NCBI GenBank assembly: GCA_963841565.1
Contig: CAWJCY010000006.1
Coordinates: 160,001 to 224,000 of the forward strand
Direction: 5' to 3'
DNA: 64,000 nucleotides
Origin: an uncultured Nitrososphaerales archaeon
GTDB lineage: Archaea; Thermoproteota; Nitrososphaeria; Nitrososphaerales; Nitrososphaeraceae
The notes under the pieces were generated by a model. The model saw only the letters and a list, made by a program, of their open reading frames with translations. It was not told the DNA's origin and did not search any database. Numbering within the stretch: the first letter of the stretch is position 1; each line of letters opens with the position of its first letter. A program made the position numbers and the translations under genes. Shown here piece by piece: positions 32,683-44,487 of this stretch.

Positions 32683-33146
32683 AGTATAGGAATTCATACA
32701 CTAGATTCATTATCAATGATATGGGTATACACAGGGTAGTTATAGTGTTTCCTACTTCATGGAAAGGAGATAGGAATGTCCATTAAGATTCAACGTTATT
32801 AGGTAAAGTTCAGTTACTCCCTAACAAGCAGAACAGATCTACAATTACGGATTTTTACAGCTACATGAGGCACTTAAACGCCAAGAACTTATACAACGGA
32901 TAATAGAAAAAGGGGAATAGTTTCATGTGAATAGTTAAGCCTCCTTACTACAGCTTAGAAGTACTTTCCAATCCAATTTAACATTAGATTGTAAACAATA
33001 GATTGCAAAAGTTTGAACAAGTATAGAATCTCCGATAACAATGGAAGGAAAAGTTTGTCCCTAGCATGTGTTTGAATGTGTGACTTGAAATAATTATCGA
33101 ATTTGACAGTTAATTATTTCCTAAGTTAGATTAGATCATGTGTTCG

Positions 33147-34529
33147 TCATATGTAAGAGATAAGCAAAATAAACATGTAGTAAATTATGACATTAACCAA
33201 GGTTACTATAGAACCTATCTTCAGGAATTCAATATATCCAAATGACTTGAACCCTCTTGATTCGGCTGCTCCTATGATAATTATATTACTTGCAGCTCCA
33301 AGAATTGTGAGATTTCCAGCAATTGTGCTTGCAGCAGCTAGCATCATCCATTCATATATGTCATCTCCTCCAAAGCCGTTATCTATCATAACCAGATTGT
33401 ACAATGCAACAAATGGGACGTTACCTAATAATTGACTAATCAATATACTTATGGATGCAATTATTGCATTGTTGCCTGCTAAGTTACCACTTGGTACTGG
33501 ATTAGGGATATAGGTTAATATCTCAGATATCAGACCAGATGTCCACAGGCCTGTAGTAAAGACAAACATCGCAGCAAAGAAAACTAGTATTGAATAGTCA
33601 ATACTTTTTATTAACTCAGTCCGTTCCTTGCTCATTGCGTACAATATCGTTGCTCCCATTATGGTGATGATACTTATGCTAAATCTTCCCTCTGTAATAA
33701 TACCAAAAAACCGAAGAGTTTCGACAATGATGAAGCCAGAAATCACAATAAGCAAGACGATAACAGAAATTTTGCCTAGAGTTGGATTTGTAACCGTTGT
33801 GGGCATAGTGTTACCCATTACAATTTGGGAATCTGTATTATCATCATTGGAACTTTTCTTGTTCTCCCCTGGCAGATTCATCATCATCATCAGATTGTAC
33901 CGCATCTGCAATAATTCGCTTCTAAAATATACTCTCAAGATTAAATACGTTAGTAGAAGGTTTATGATGGTTGGAATCGCTAAGATTGTTAGAAATGTCA
34001 TGAAGGATAGTTGTATTCCACTTTGGATTGCAATCAAGAGATTTTGAGGATTACCTATTGGGGTCATAACACTGCCAATAGTGATTCCAAATGCAAGTCC
34101 AATTAATAGCACGATAGGAATTGGTTTAACAGATCTCATAACATAAATCGCCAGTGGCACACCCAATATAGCAATAGTATCATTCACAAGAAATGCAGAT
34201 AATATACCCAATCCAACTACAAATACTAGAAGTAAATTACTAGGGTTGCCCTTAGTTCTTGAAACCATCTTTATTGCTATCATACCTAAAACTCCCGATT
34301 TCTCCAGAGCAGACACGATACTGAACATACCGAAGAGAAATAGTATGATATCTAGGTTAATTGCTTCAAAAGCAGATTCTACACTTATCACCTGAAAGAG
34401 CACCATCAATAGTGCCCCGACCGTCATTGATGTCCATATGGGAATATTGCCGAACCTTCTTCTTTGTATAATTAGTACATAGACCAATACTAGAATTCCT
34501 AGGGACACGTATGCGCTTATTGCCAACAA
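33147..34529 (-). CDS. ArsB/NhaD (CitMHS-like) anion permease
   Basis: SAFLVNDT, TPIGNPQN, GNVP and AGNLTILGAASNII motifs; about 12 TM helices. Confidence 0.9.
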   Translation of the reverse strand: MLAISAYVSLGILVLVYVLIIQRRRFGNIPIWTSMTVGALLMVLFQVISVESAFEAINLDIILFLFGMFSIVSALEKSGVLGMIAIKMVSRTKGNPSNLLLVFVVGLGILSAFLVNDTIAILGVPLAIYVMRSVKPIPIVLLIGLAFGITIGSVMTPIGNPQNLLIAIQSGIQLSFMTFLTILAIPTIINLLLTYLILRVYFRSELLQMRYNLMMMMNLPGENKKSSNDDNTDSQIVMGNTMPTTVTNPTLGKISVIVLLIVISGFIIVETLRFFGIITEGRFSISIITIMGATILYAMSKERTELIKSIDYSILVFFAAMFVFTTGLWTSGLISEILTYIPNPVPSGNLAGNNAIIASISILISQLLGNVPFVALYNLVMIDNGFGGDDIYEWMMLAAASTIAGNLTILGAASNIIIIGAAESRGFKSFGYIEFLKIGSIVTLVNVIIYYMFILLISYI

Positions 34530-35914
34530 TCTTCAGATGTCTATGATAAAAGGTCGAAATCGATAATAGATAACTGTTGCTAAAATAATTTATAATCAAT
34601 TTCGATAAAATGTCGAAATAAGTAAGATCACAGGACTAATAGAACAAACCATTATCGGATCAATTGATTCTGAAGTTAATCCTTCACTAACCCAAGCCAT
34701 AATCACAGCAGGACAATCGGTAGGTAACAATTCATTTGCACTTGCAAAATTCGGTGCAGACCAAGGTTGAACCATTCTGCATTGACACTTGAATGGTTGA
34801 CAAGCTAATGATCAATATTCATGCAGTTGGATAGCCATATAATGAAGTATGGTTTAACTGGGTTTACTTCTGCGCTTACAAACGTAAAGGAGGATAAAGA
34901 AAGCACTAATAACAAGTAGACTACAACATCAAATAGATCCATATACTGCTGATCCATAATTCTACGCCAGGCATGTTACTCATCATCCTTCATCCTTTCT
35001 TCAAGAACGTCTATGAAGTTATCTTTGTCCACTACCTTCAAGCAATAATTGCAGATCCACTTCGTAAAAGTATAACGATAGTATTATAGAAATGTGCTTC
35101 GCCATCTCATCTAGCATTCAACTATTATCTCGTAGAAATGTCATTTTTACTCTATTAAACTCATTGGGATATTGATACATCAACCCGTGTCCTGCATTTC
35201 TCATCTGAACAAGCCATGAACTAGGGATCCTCTCTACTAATATTAATGAATTTGTGCAGATGTAAATACATCATCTGTTCCAACTATAAATCAAAGTAGG
35301 GTAGGTAAGTTATGTGATAACTATGAATAAAGTATTCACGTGAATGTGTATGACCAAAATGTGAGGACGGAAAAATATTGGCATACTCTCCTGTCAACGT
35401 TAGTCGGAAAAATTATTCATTCTAGTAGTCAAGCTCTTGAACATGACTAAGGACAAGATGAAGGTAACTATTGATGGTTTGGAATTGTTATATTGCCCTT
35501 AATTTTCCGAAGCTTACTTTATAATACGGTCCTTTATTCGCGCCGATGAGCTTAGTGATCGACAATCTGGGTTTGTTTATCACCCTTTTTTTGTACGAAT
35601 TCCAACATGGAGCCATTTCCCATTCTAAACTTAATGCTTCGTATTTTTCACTATCTTGAAGGCCGACTAGGATCGCTGGCTCTTAAGTATTCAAGAAAAG
35701 CTATCTTCTAATTTATTCCGGTACGTTATAGTATGCTTTTGCTATAACTCTACAGCTATTTACTCTAGATATCTGTGCGAGGATGTCTCTGCAGTGCTAT
35801 ATCGGTTCAGGCAATGGACAATTATTTTTTCTAAAAATAAATCTAACTATCCCTCCCCCATGGCAACACACCTTACTCATTATAAGGTCTTATATAGCGG
35901 TCACTCCATCCAGA

Positions 35915-37018
35915 ATGAATTACCAACTTTTAGAATACTCCTGTTCAGAGTGCGGAACGTTACTAAAGAAGACAATAGGAGATGCATGTCAGGATCTTTT
36001 GACAATCAATGTGAAAGAAGAATGCCCAAAATGTGGTTCTACCCTAAAGAATCTGAAAAAGAAATGGAAAAATCTACCACAACCACAGCAACTGTATGAC
36101 AAGTATAACAAAAGACGATCGCTAACATCACAATCGCCAATCCTCTCATCAAAATTCCAGACAGCATATGATGAATTTATTAGCAAACTGATGTTCGATA
36201 TCGAGGCTTTAGATTCTTCTCTTCAGAACCTTAATACGGATGGCAATACATTAGCTATAATTGGCGATAATAATCATAGCAAAAATAATAGAAAATTTAC
36301 AAATATTCTCTTGACCAGACTATGTATTTACTCTCTATCTTTATTACGGCGGCAAGAAGGCTTTAGTTTATCATCAACACCATCGTCACCTCCTTTATTG
36401 CCATATGTAGTAATTGTGGACGCTGGAAATAGTATAGATTTTTATCAATTTGTAGAATTTATAAGGCAATATGGTTTAGACATAAAAGAGACTTTACAAA
36501 GAATAGTTGTAAGTAGAGCTTTTACAGTCCATCAACTAACCAATCTAATTATTAATGAATTACCTAATATCATTAGACAACTTGACACGTGTCTAGTAAT
36601 TGTTCCAGATTTATTGCACATGTTTACTCATGATCCCAACATTGATCGTAAAGAAGCGAAACATCTAATAAAAGAAATTGTTTCTGCGATAAGGAAGATA
36701 GCAATACAGTCAAGTCGAACTCGATGCGTAGTGTCTTGGAATTATCACTACCAGTCCTCTTTATACATCAAAATTCTTCTTCCAATATTTGATAAATACA
36801 TTCAAGTCACAAGCTTCGGAGGAGGATCATCATCGTCATCATTTCCACAATTAAGCATAAAGATCAATCACAAACTGGGCGATGAATGTTGCAGCAGGAA
36901 CAGTAATAATAGTAATAATTGTTATAATAGTAATAATTGTTATAATAGTAATAATAATAGTCGTCACTGTTTACTTCAGGTAAGAGACATATATTTCGTT
37001 TCGCAAATGTCTGGATGA
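35915..37018 (+). CDS. Inactivated RadA/RecA-like protein with N-terminal zinc ribbon
   Basis: CSEC...CPKC, VIVDAGNS and RIVVSRAFTVHQL; no intact Walker A; ATG at 35915 follows a TTATATA box. Confidence 0.75.
   Translation: MNYQLLEYSCSECGTLLKKTIGDACQDLLTINVKEECPKCGSTLKNLKKKWKNLPQPQQLYDKYNKRRSLTSQSPILSSKFQTAYDEFISKLMFDIEALDSSLQNLNTDGNTLAIIGDNNHSKNNRKFTNILLTRLCIYSLSLLRRQEGFSLSSTPSSPPLLPYVVIVDAGNSIDFYQFVEFIRQYGLDIKETLQRIVVSRAFTVHQLTNLIINELPNIIRQLDTCLVIVPDLLHMFTHDPNIDRKEAKHLIKEIVSAIRKIAIQSSRTRCVVSWNYHYQSSLYIKILLPIFDKYIQVTSFGGGSSSSSFPQLSIKINHKLGDECCSRNSNNSNNCYNSNNCYNSNNNSRHCLLQVRDIYFVSQMSG
36908..36955 (+). repeat. In-frame 18-bp tandem repeat AATAGTAATAATTGTTAT (NSNNCY), about 2.7 copies
   Basis: Read directly from the sequence. 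Confidence 0.85.
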
Positions 37019-37310
37019 AGGGTCAATGCAACCACCTCAGAGCCGGAATAATGGAAAGACAACATGATTCTATATTCTTACACTAATCAGCAGCGAAGGA
37101 ATACAATTGATAGCCAAGATGAGTATTTCCTTAGATCGTTAATGCTAAATAAGTGCGTCATATGGAAGATACAAATAGAAAATAATAGATTACTTGACAA
37201 CACCAACACACTGGAAAAGTAACAACAAATGCCGCTGAATATGAATGTCCTTTTCATGCAAATGGACAAGCGCAAGAATACTTAAGTAAATTTGAGGAGT
37301 AATTACACCA

Positions 37311-37901
37311 ATGAGAAGGATGCGAAGCTCAAGGTCAACTGGTTCATCTAATCCGACATCTAATTCTCAGTCGAAAAGTCAAGCAGAGGAAACAGCCAAG
37401 GCTGTCAAAAATGCTGCAAAGGCTATTCTAGATGCGGCAATTTCCACTCGAGAAGCGGTCAAGGCGTTTAGCGATAGCGGCGTTGTTACAGAGCTTGCCG
37501 AATCGATACAAACAGCAGCGATGGCGGCCAGAGACACAACACAAGGTATAAGTGATACAGGCAGGGAACTTCACGAAAGTCAAAGTGCACCTAAGATCGC
37601 AAGTGCCATACACCAAACGTTGTCAATAATGGAAGATACAGAGGCTAAAGCAAATGACACAACGGCCCAACTTTCAAAGACTGCCCCTCGAACGACAAAA
37701 ACTCCTTTACTGGCGACTAAAAGGAAAAGGAAATCAAAAGGTAATACCGTTACCAAGAATGCTAGGAAACAGTTAACAACGGAGAAGACTGAGTCTCAAA
37801 CTGTAGTCAAGGAATTAAAAAGAAAAACGAATAGGATACCAAAGTTACGAAAAAAAGAGTCGAAGCGAGAAATAAAAGTGAGACGTCATTATATAGGATA
37901 G
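37311..37901 (+). CDS. Hypothetical Ala/Thr-rich helical protein with a Lys/Arg-rich tail
   Basis: 196-aa ORF with GAGGAG upstream. Confidence 0.6.
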   Translation: MRRMRSSRSTGSSNPTSNSQSKSQAEETAKAVKNAAKAILDAAISTREAVKAFSDSGVVTELAESIQTAAMAARDTTQGISDTGRELHESQSAPKIASAIHQTLSIMEDTEAKANDTTAQLSKTAPRTTKTPLLATKRKRKSKGNTVTKNARKQLTTEKTESQTVVKELKRKTNRIPKLRKKESKREIKVRRHYIG

Positions 37902-38033
37902 GGTATACAGAAGATGGATGATTTTCATTTGTTTTTGAGTTTGACTGACAGGGCAAAATAAGTGTGGATGATACTTCAAGTATCTTTCGATGTTGTCGAA
38001 ATACGATTAGCTCGCAAACCCGCAAGTGTCTTG

Positions 38034-39995
38034 TTAACCGACTGGTAAACTAAACGTGAAAGTGGCGCCTTTTCCATCACTATTATTTTCAGCGGATATC
38101 TTGCCACCATGAGCTTCTATTATACTCTTTGCTATGAATAACCCAAGGCCAGTTCCAGTATTTGATTTAGTTACGAATTTAGAAAATAACCTTGATTGTA
38201 TTTCCGGATCTATGCCACTGCCATCGTCCTTAATTCTAATTAAAAAATGTTCGTTCTCCTCTACAGTATTGTTTTTGTCTGATGAAAGAGATTTTGTCTT
38301 ACTCAATGATATAGAGATAACTCCATTCATATCCGTGAACTTAATTGCGTTATTAATCAGGTTTGACAACACTTGAAAGACTCTTGATTTATCAGCATTA
38401 ACATAATATTCAGTTTCATCACTATTTTTATCATTTAGAAATTGAATTGTTAACCCTTTCTCTGCTACCTGAACATTCGTAGTTGAAATGTCCTTTACCA
38501 CATTTCTAATCTTTTCTTTCAGATTTATTCTCTCCTTGTTTAGCTTAAGTGTACCTGCCTCGATTCTTGATACATCGAGAATATCATTCGTAAGGTTTTT
38601 AAGCCTAATGGCATTTCTTCTTAGAGCCTCCAAAGAATCTCGTGTGCTTGAATCATTATCATTGGAGTCTTGAATATTCAAATTATAGTCGTGTTGTAGT
38701 AATTCAGTATATCCAACTATAGATTGAGTTGGCGTCCTGAGTTCATGTGCAGCTATATTGATAAAATCTTGTTGCATTCTCTCATGAACTTTTAATTGTT
38801 CATATGCTTCGATTAATTCTTTATTAATAGTAGTCAATTCTACCTGTTTTTCCATCAGGGAACGCTCGGTTGAAGTAAGGATGACATTGGATGCTCTTAA
38901 CTTTTCTATCGACTTCCTAAGCTCAGAAGTCTTTGAATCCAATGCTGCGTGAAGTCTTTTATTTGATGTGAGGATAACTAATGCAATTCCCAGGGCAATT
39001 ATTGCAATGACGATGTAGATGATAATACTAAAAAAAAATTGTTGGCTCATCAGCTTCTGTACATTCTCTGCGAGGTTATGTGAAGCACGGATATACAATG
39101 TTGCTATGCTATGATTCTCCAAAGATACAGGCTGGTACGCAACAGAGGTAGTATTGCCTTGATACGTTATATCAAATACATTGGCTGCAGGCTTTGTCAG
39201 TGAATCTCGAAGCAGATTATTGAAAGAATCGTTCATATATGGCGGTAAAATCGATTGAAACTCTTCTCCAAACGCATTTAGTCCTATTAGAGATTGATTT
39301 GATGAAGTGTAAAGAATTGTTCCGTCATTATCAATCAATCCAATGGAAGAATTATATTTTTCTGGAACGGTGCTCTGAAGAAAATCCCCAAGTCTATCAA
39401 TCCTTATCCCTGCAGTTACTATGCCATCGAATTGTACATTCGTTGATGACGAAGTGTTATGTGTTCTGCTATCTTCAAAAACGGGATAAGAAATATAGAG
39501 TCTAGATACGTTATCATTTGAGTCTATGATGCTACTATAATAGGCTTCCGCCGTTTCCCTTGGTACTGAAAAGTACTCCCTATAGCTAAGGTCAGTTCCT
39601 TTGTATCTTTGATAGGTACTCTCATTTAGATTACTTATCCACACTATTTTGCCCTCAGCATCAAGCCACATGTAAAAATCGGTTAAATTGGCTGAAATGT
39701 CTTGTCCCAAATTAATTAGGTTAAACGCCGAAGTATCATTATTCCGTATAGATGGAGCCTCTGCAATTAATTCTAGATTATCTGTAATAGCGTCTACAGA
39801 TTTCTCCAAGATTTCTGAGATGGCGTGAACTTCAATTTCAGCATTAGATCTTATATCGTTAGCTGCTTGATTGAGAATTTCGTTAGACATGGATTTCTGA
39901 TATATGCTAAAAACAGTACCCAGAACTATAGCTGTGGTCCCGATAATTAACAGCATTAAGGTCGTAATATGTTTCCTGTAAAAGGGCCGAGCCAT
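38034..39995 (-). CDS. Membrane sensor histidine kinase with extracellular Cache domain
   Basis: Two TM helices, DLSYREYF, H-box AAHELRTP, NLINNAIKFT, DDGSG and GTGLGL. Confidence 0.93.
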   Translation of the reverse strand: MARPFYRKHITTLMLLIIGTTAIVLGTVFSIYQKSMSNEILNQAANDIRSNAEIEVHAISEILEKSVDAITDNLELIAEAPSIRNNDTSAFNLINLGQDISANLTDFYMWLDAEGKIVWISNLNESTYQRYKGTDLSYREYFSVPRETAEAYYSSIIDSNDNVSRLYISYPVFEDSRTHNTSSSTNVQFDGIVTAGIRIDRLGDFLQSTVPEKYNSSIGLIDNDGTILYTSSNQSLIGLNAFGEEFQSILPPYMNDSFNNLLRDSLTKPAANVFDITYQGNTTSVAYQPVSLENHSIATLYIRASHNLAENVQKLMSQQFFFSIIIYIVIAIIALGIALVILTSNKRLHAALDSKTSELRKSIEKLRASNVILTSTERSLMEKQVELTTINKELIEAYEQLKVHERMQQDFINIAAHELRTPTQSIVGYTELLQHDYNLNIQDSNDNDSSTRDSLEALRRNAIRLKNLTNDILDVSRIEAGTLKLNKERINLKEKIRNVVKDISTTNVQVAEKGLTIQFLNDKNSDETEYYVNADKSRVFQVLSNLINNAIKFTDMNGVISISLSKTKSLSSDKNNTVEENEHFLIRIKDDGSGIDPEIQSRLFSKFVTKSNTGTGLGLFIAKSIIEAHGGKISAENNSDGKGATFTFSLPVG

Positions 39996-40610
39996 CCGTG
40001 TCAGCCATTTAGATCAGCTTGACAAATAAATACATATTTCGTACATTGGACATATTTGGTAATTATGAAGCCTAATTTCTGCAACTCTTTTCTTAATGAA
40101 TCCTTTAAGAAGCAAAAAAGATATTCTTTTCGCGCTCTTCAAAATCACCATCAATACTTGATGGAGAGGCAGATATTGAGTTAAGAGTGGAGAACCCTCA
40201 CCATTACAAGTCAATATCGTTTCTAACCAAACCGATAAGGCGATGTATTAAATGCATATTCTAAAGAATGGAAAACAGACTAGCAACCTCACAATTGGAG
40301 AATTATTTTTCTCGTCTCCCAGTTTCTTGCCTCCAGATTTGCCAGGTCGTAAATCCACCCTATATTATAGATACTCCTCTGATCCTAACTTTGGAGAACA
40401 GTTAAAGAAATATGATCTGATTGAAAGTGGAGCAGAAACTTCGGGATGATGATCAACCCCCGAAAGGTACCGTAATTTTTTGGGTTAGAAAAAGAGGATC
40501 GTACTCGAATATAGAATTGTGTTTAGCTTGATTGCACGTTTCAGCATTAAGAAATAGGGTATAACTCTATAGCATTATAAATTTATAAGATTCAATCTCA
40601 GGTACATAAT

Positions 40611-41000
40611 ATGCCAGAATTTTCTGATACCTATGCATGGATTAAATTGATTGATAAGAGCAATGGTAAAGCAGTTCCTAGTGGATCAACACTAAGTTAT
40701 CCTTCTAATATTAATAATCGATACGTTGTAGCTAACGACAGCAATCAGCCTGTGGGAGAAATCGCTGTAATGGGTGTCCTCTACAAGGATAATGTAAAGG
40801 ACGTTCCTAGCCCGTTCCCTATAACGTGGATTAAGCTACAAGCGAACCAGCTATGGAAACATGAATATGCCGTGGCCAGCACGGGAGAGGCGAATGAATT
40901 TCGTGCCACGCTATTCGGCGGTGTTGGCAGCTCTATCACTGAGGAAGATGAGAAAAATAACATTTATAATACGAAATTTTCATTTTCGGCCGCTCATTAA
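40611..41000 (+). CDS. Hypothetical Ig/CARDB-like beta protein
   Basis: YVVAND...ITEEDEKNN pattern. Confidence 0.55.
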   Translation: MPEFSDTYAWIKLIDKSNGKAVPSGSTLSYPSNINNRYVVANDSNQPVGEIAVMGVLYKDNVKDVPSPFPITWIKLQANQLWKHEYAVASTGEANEFRATLFGGVGSSITEEDEKNNIYNTKFSFSAAH

Positions 41001-41224
41001 TTACAAAACAATAACGATTATTATTTGATCTAATAGGTTAAGCTGTTGCGATTCATGGGTTGGGATCATATCCAAAAGTGTTATTGATTTAGGGGTTTCT
41101 AATTTTGTCTACTTTGTGTCTTTAGAAATTCCCAAAAGCTACACCTGCCGTGCATGATAAATCAACTCTACCCTCAGAATAAATTTATTAGGATGTAACA
41201 CGATCTAAGAAGACTCCTGACCCT

Positions 41225-41452
41225 ATGCGAAGAGCGTACTGCACAAATTGTAAAGTTGTAGTAGATATCACATTATCTACCTTTGTGAGGCTTGCAAATC
41301 ATAAAGCTGCGATCGAAGGTTTTTGTCCGAACTGTAATTCAGTTCTCCTCAATACCCGCTTAATGCCAACTTCGTCCAAAAAACCGACGGGCAGCAAAAG
41401 GAGAAGGAAGAAGCTAAGTATATACTCATATCCCAATCGAAACCAGCTATGA
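41225..41452 (+). CDS. Small zinc-ribbon protein (DUF5679-like) with basic tail
   Basis: AYCTNCK...AIEGFCPNCNS. Confidence 0.7.
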   Translation: MRRAYCTNCKVVVDITLSTFVRLANHKAAIEGFCPNCNSVLLNTRLMPTSSKKPTGSKRRRKKLSIYSYPNRNQL

Positions 41453-41725
41453 TTCTTACGTCGTCATACAGGAAGCGAACACAACTGCATTTAGAACGAT
41501 TCCAACCTGACCAAGACCACCACCATCCGTCAATTCCGAAGTATTGGCGGTTAGTTCTCAGTGTACGATCAATTAGTAGAGATATGATATCATTCAGAAG
41601 CGATAATGGGTAAGGATCATCGTGAGGCAATTTTTGGCCTTGTATTTGAGTCGAATACTAGCTATTACGCAATCGAGTTAATGATTTAACCCAGTACGAA
41701 GTTATATAGAGCTGCTAATCATTTA

Positions 41726-42778
41726 ATGACACGAATGGATGAAATGAATCGAGTGAGGGGTCCTATCAATCCTATATCAACTTTAATTTGTTTTGTAATC
41801 GGCATTCTTTCACTTTGCCTTTATTTGGAGCAAACAGGCTCATTGGTACCAAGAGTGGATGCATCAAATTCAGCCAAAAATTATACTTTCTTGGTGGCAT
41901 TGGATTCTCCTAATTTTGGGGATGAAGAAACGAATACAGAGGATCTACTCCCACAACCCGAAGGGATTGACGTAGACAGAGACGGCAATGTTTTTGTAAA
42001 TGAGATTGGAGAGAATCGTATCAACATATTTGATGCAAATAGCACACTCATATCTAGTTGGGGCTCGTCGGGAGAGGATCTAGGACAATTTAGCCATCCT
42101 CACGGAAATGAAATTGAAGACGAGAATAATCAAGATGTTAATGATGTATATGTCTATATTGCAGACCAAAATAATGATCGTATTCAGAAGTTCTCTAAAA
42201 ATGGAACATTTGTAACAACTTGGGGTGAAGAGGGCGATGGGAATGGCCAGTTTCTACATACACACGGAGTAGATCTTGACTCAGACGGCAATGTCTACGT
42301 AAGCGACAGAGATCAACCAAGTATCCAAAAGTTTTCTAGTGATGGGACCTTTATTAAGAAGTGGGGATCGGAAGGAACAGCTGTTGGACAGTTCATACAG
42401 CCATGGGATGTTAGTGTCAGTCAGGATGATAGGATTTTTGTTCCTGACTACGGCAACAACCGAATACAGATATTCTCAAAGGACGGTGACTTCATAACCT
42501 CTTGGGGAGAAGCTGGATCTGGTCCTGGGCAATTTGATGGACCAGCCGTGGTAGCATTTGATGCTGACGACAATGTTTATGTGACTGACTCTGGTAACCA
42601 TCGTGTACAGAAATTCACAGGTAATGGAACATTTATTACCGAATGGGGTGAAGAAGGGCAAGAAAATGGACAATTTTCTATGCCTGAAGGACTTGCGGTG
42701 GATCCCTTATCAGGTAAGGTATATGTATCTGATACTAGCAATAATAATGTACAGGTCTTTTCCCCCTTAGAGAACTGA
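41726..42778 (+). CDS. Secreted or anchored NHL-repeat beta-propeller
   Basis: Six repeats of WGxxGxxxGQFxxPxGxxxD...VYVxDxxNxRIQxF after an N-terminal hydrophobic helix. Confidence 0.92.
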   Translation: MTRMDEMNRVRGPINPISTLICFVIGILSLCLYLEQTGSLVPRVDASNSAKNYTFLVALDSPNFGDEETNTEDLLPQPEGIDVDRDGNVFVNEIGENRINIFDANSTLISSWGSSGEDLGQFSHPHGNEIEDENNQDVNDVYVYIADQNNDRIQKFSKNGTFVTTWGEEGDGNGQFLHTHGVDLDSDGNVYVSDRDQPSIQKFSSDGTFIKKWGSEGTAVGQFIQPWDVSVSQDDRIFVPDYGNNRIQIFSKDGDFITSWGEAGSGPGQFDGPAVVAFDADDNVYVTDSGNHRVQKFTGNGTFITEWGEEGQENGQFSMPEGLAVDPLSGKVYVSDTSNNNVQVFSPLEN

Positions 42779-43213
42779 ATTATTTTTACCACGAAAATTT
42801 GCGCAAAACAGAATCATACTATAATTTCGATGTTGTCGTTTAAATCTGCCCAGATAAGATCCAGTAGTACCGTAGTATTCATACTTCAAGCTGCAGTCAT
42901 GCACTGAATTCTGTAGACAAATTGCTGCGATCAAATTATGTGTATTAACCAGTAGATTGACAAAATTCATTCTGATTTGTCTCAATATTCCTAAACTGTA
43001 TTATAAACAAGGCCTGGCTGTGGAACCGAATGACATTCGACATACACTTTAGTAGGAATTCCGGATAAGAGATAACATCTAAATTGATATGCATCAATAG
43101 ATTTTCTTGTAGTACTGTGTGAATTAGCTTACATATACTTTGGCGGAAGGCTTCAAACTTCTGATCAAAGATTTTGTGATGTTATCATCCGCCATCTAAC
43201 AAATTGCCTATTT

Positions 43214-43408
43214 CTAGTCGAGTCTGAGTTCGCTCCCACAATTGCGGCATAACCTGCAGTGTCTGACGTTAAAACGGCCGCACGACTTACAAATGATATT
43301 CTCGCATATTTCTGCAATCTTCTCTAGGTATTCTTCTTCTTCCCTAGTCACAAATTTCTGCTTGTTCTTTGGGACCAATTTCGGATCTAAGATTATGTCG
43401 AAAGGCAA
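43214..43408 (-). CDS. Small Cys-rich zinc-ribbon protein
   Basis: CKSC...CRLCRNC. Confidence 0.55.
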   Translation of the reverse strand: MPFDIILDPKLVPKNKQKFVTREEEEYLEKIAEICENIICKSCGRFNVRHCRLCRNCGSELRLD

Positions 43409-43512
43409 TATAATTCATGCAGGAATTATTTTCTTACTATTTATACGCGTCTGAATTGTCAGTAAAAGATAGCAGGTAAATAAATCTATGATGGAAATCT
43501 TCCTACAGACAA

Positions 43513-43870
43513 CTAATCCATTCTATTAACGTTATAGATTTCATTCTCCCATGGAACAGACAATCTAGGATTTGGTCCCCTTCCTATTACATAAATTTTG
43601 TCACCAATAGGCGCGACTCCTAATCCGCGTCTCGCAGTTAGCACGGGGTGTTTCGATGGTCCATGTGTTAGTGGCGGGATCGTATCATTCATTATTGTCA
43701 AAGGTTCCTTGGCGACGTTCTCCACCCAGTACGTAGATAGATCTGTTAATACTAGCAGCTCCTATTCCACTTCTTTTTGACGGCATTAGTTCAAGATCTG
43801 TAGTCCATTCGTCCGAGATTGGATTGTATTTTTCAACAATATCCGTGCCTTCATAGGAGTTATCATACCG
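43513..43870 (-). pseudogene. Kelch-repeat protein remnant
   Basis: VEKYNPISDEWTT...MPSKRSG and TARRGLG...DKIYVIG lie in different frames. Confidence 0.7.
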
Positions 43871-44487
43871 TAGGTACGCTTTAAAACATTTTCATTCATG
43901 TTCATTTATTGGGAATGGTCAATTTAATGGTCCGGAACAGCCATACATAGAGGGGATCTGATTCAGGCGACTTTTATTGCAAACTTAACTTATGCATACG
44001 GAATGAAAGTGTTTTCCATGCAAATGCATTAGAACTGTTCCTCTACTCTCTCTATGGGGTTATTTTGAGCTCAATATGAGAAATTGTTAATCGTCATTCT
44101 TAGACGTTTCTAAACTAGTTACCACTTCATCATAAATCTCATCCTTGATTATCACTATCTAGAAAAGTAACATGCTAAAATAGTTCAATTGGATTTTTAA
44201 AGAATCTAAAATTAAATATTAATGTTTTAAATCAAAAAAGCAGACTTAGAAGACCATTTTTGGATGGATTATCAAATTTCAAATTTAACAATAGAAGATA
44301 ATACGAAGTTTAATTTGGTCGGATTGACCAGTTTAAGATTGGAAGAATACCTGTAAAGATTGCTTTCAATGAAAGCCTTACATTAATTCATGGAAAATAA
44401 TTATCAAATCATTCGGATCCTGCAACACATTGGTTGTCTTTCAATTCCCAATTATTAGTTTAAATAAAGGTTACCACTGATAATTAG

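Noticed and set aside
41930-42770. CRISPR-like or nucleotide-level periodic repeats
   Set aside because: The periodicity is protein-level NHL repeats with degenerate codons; no identical direct repeats with spacers and no cas genes were seen in the window.
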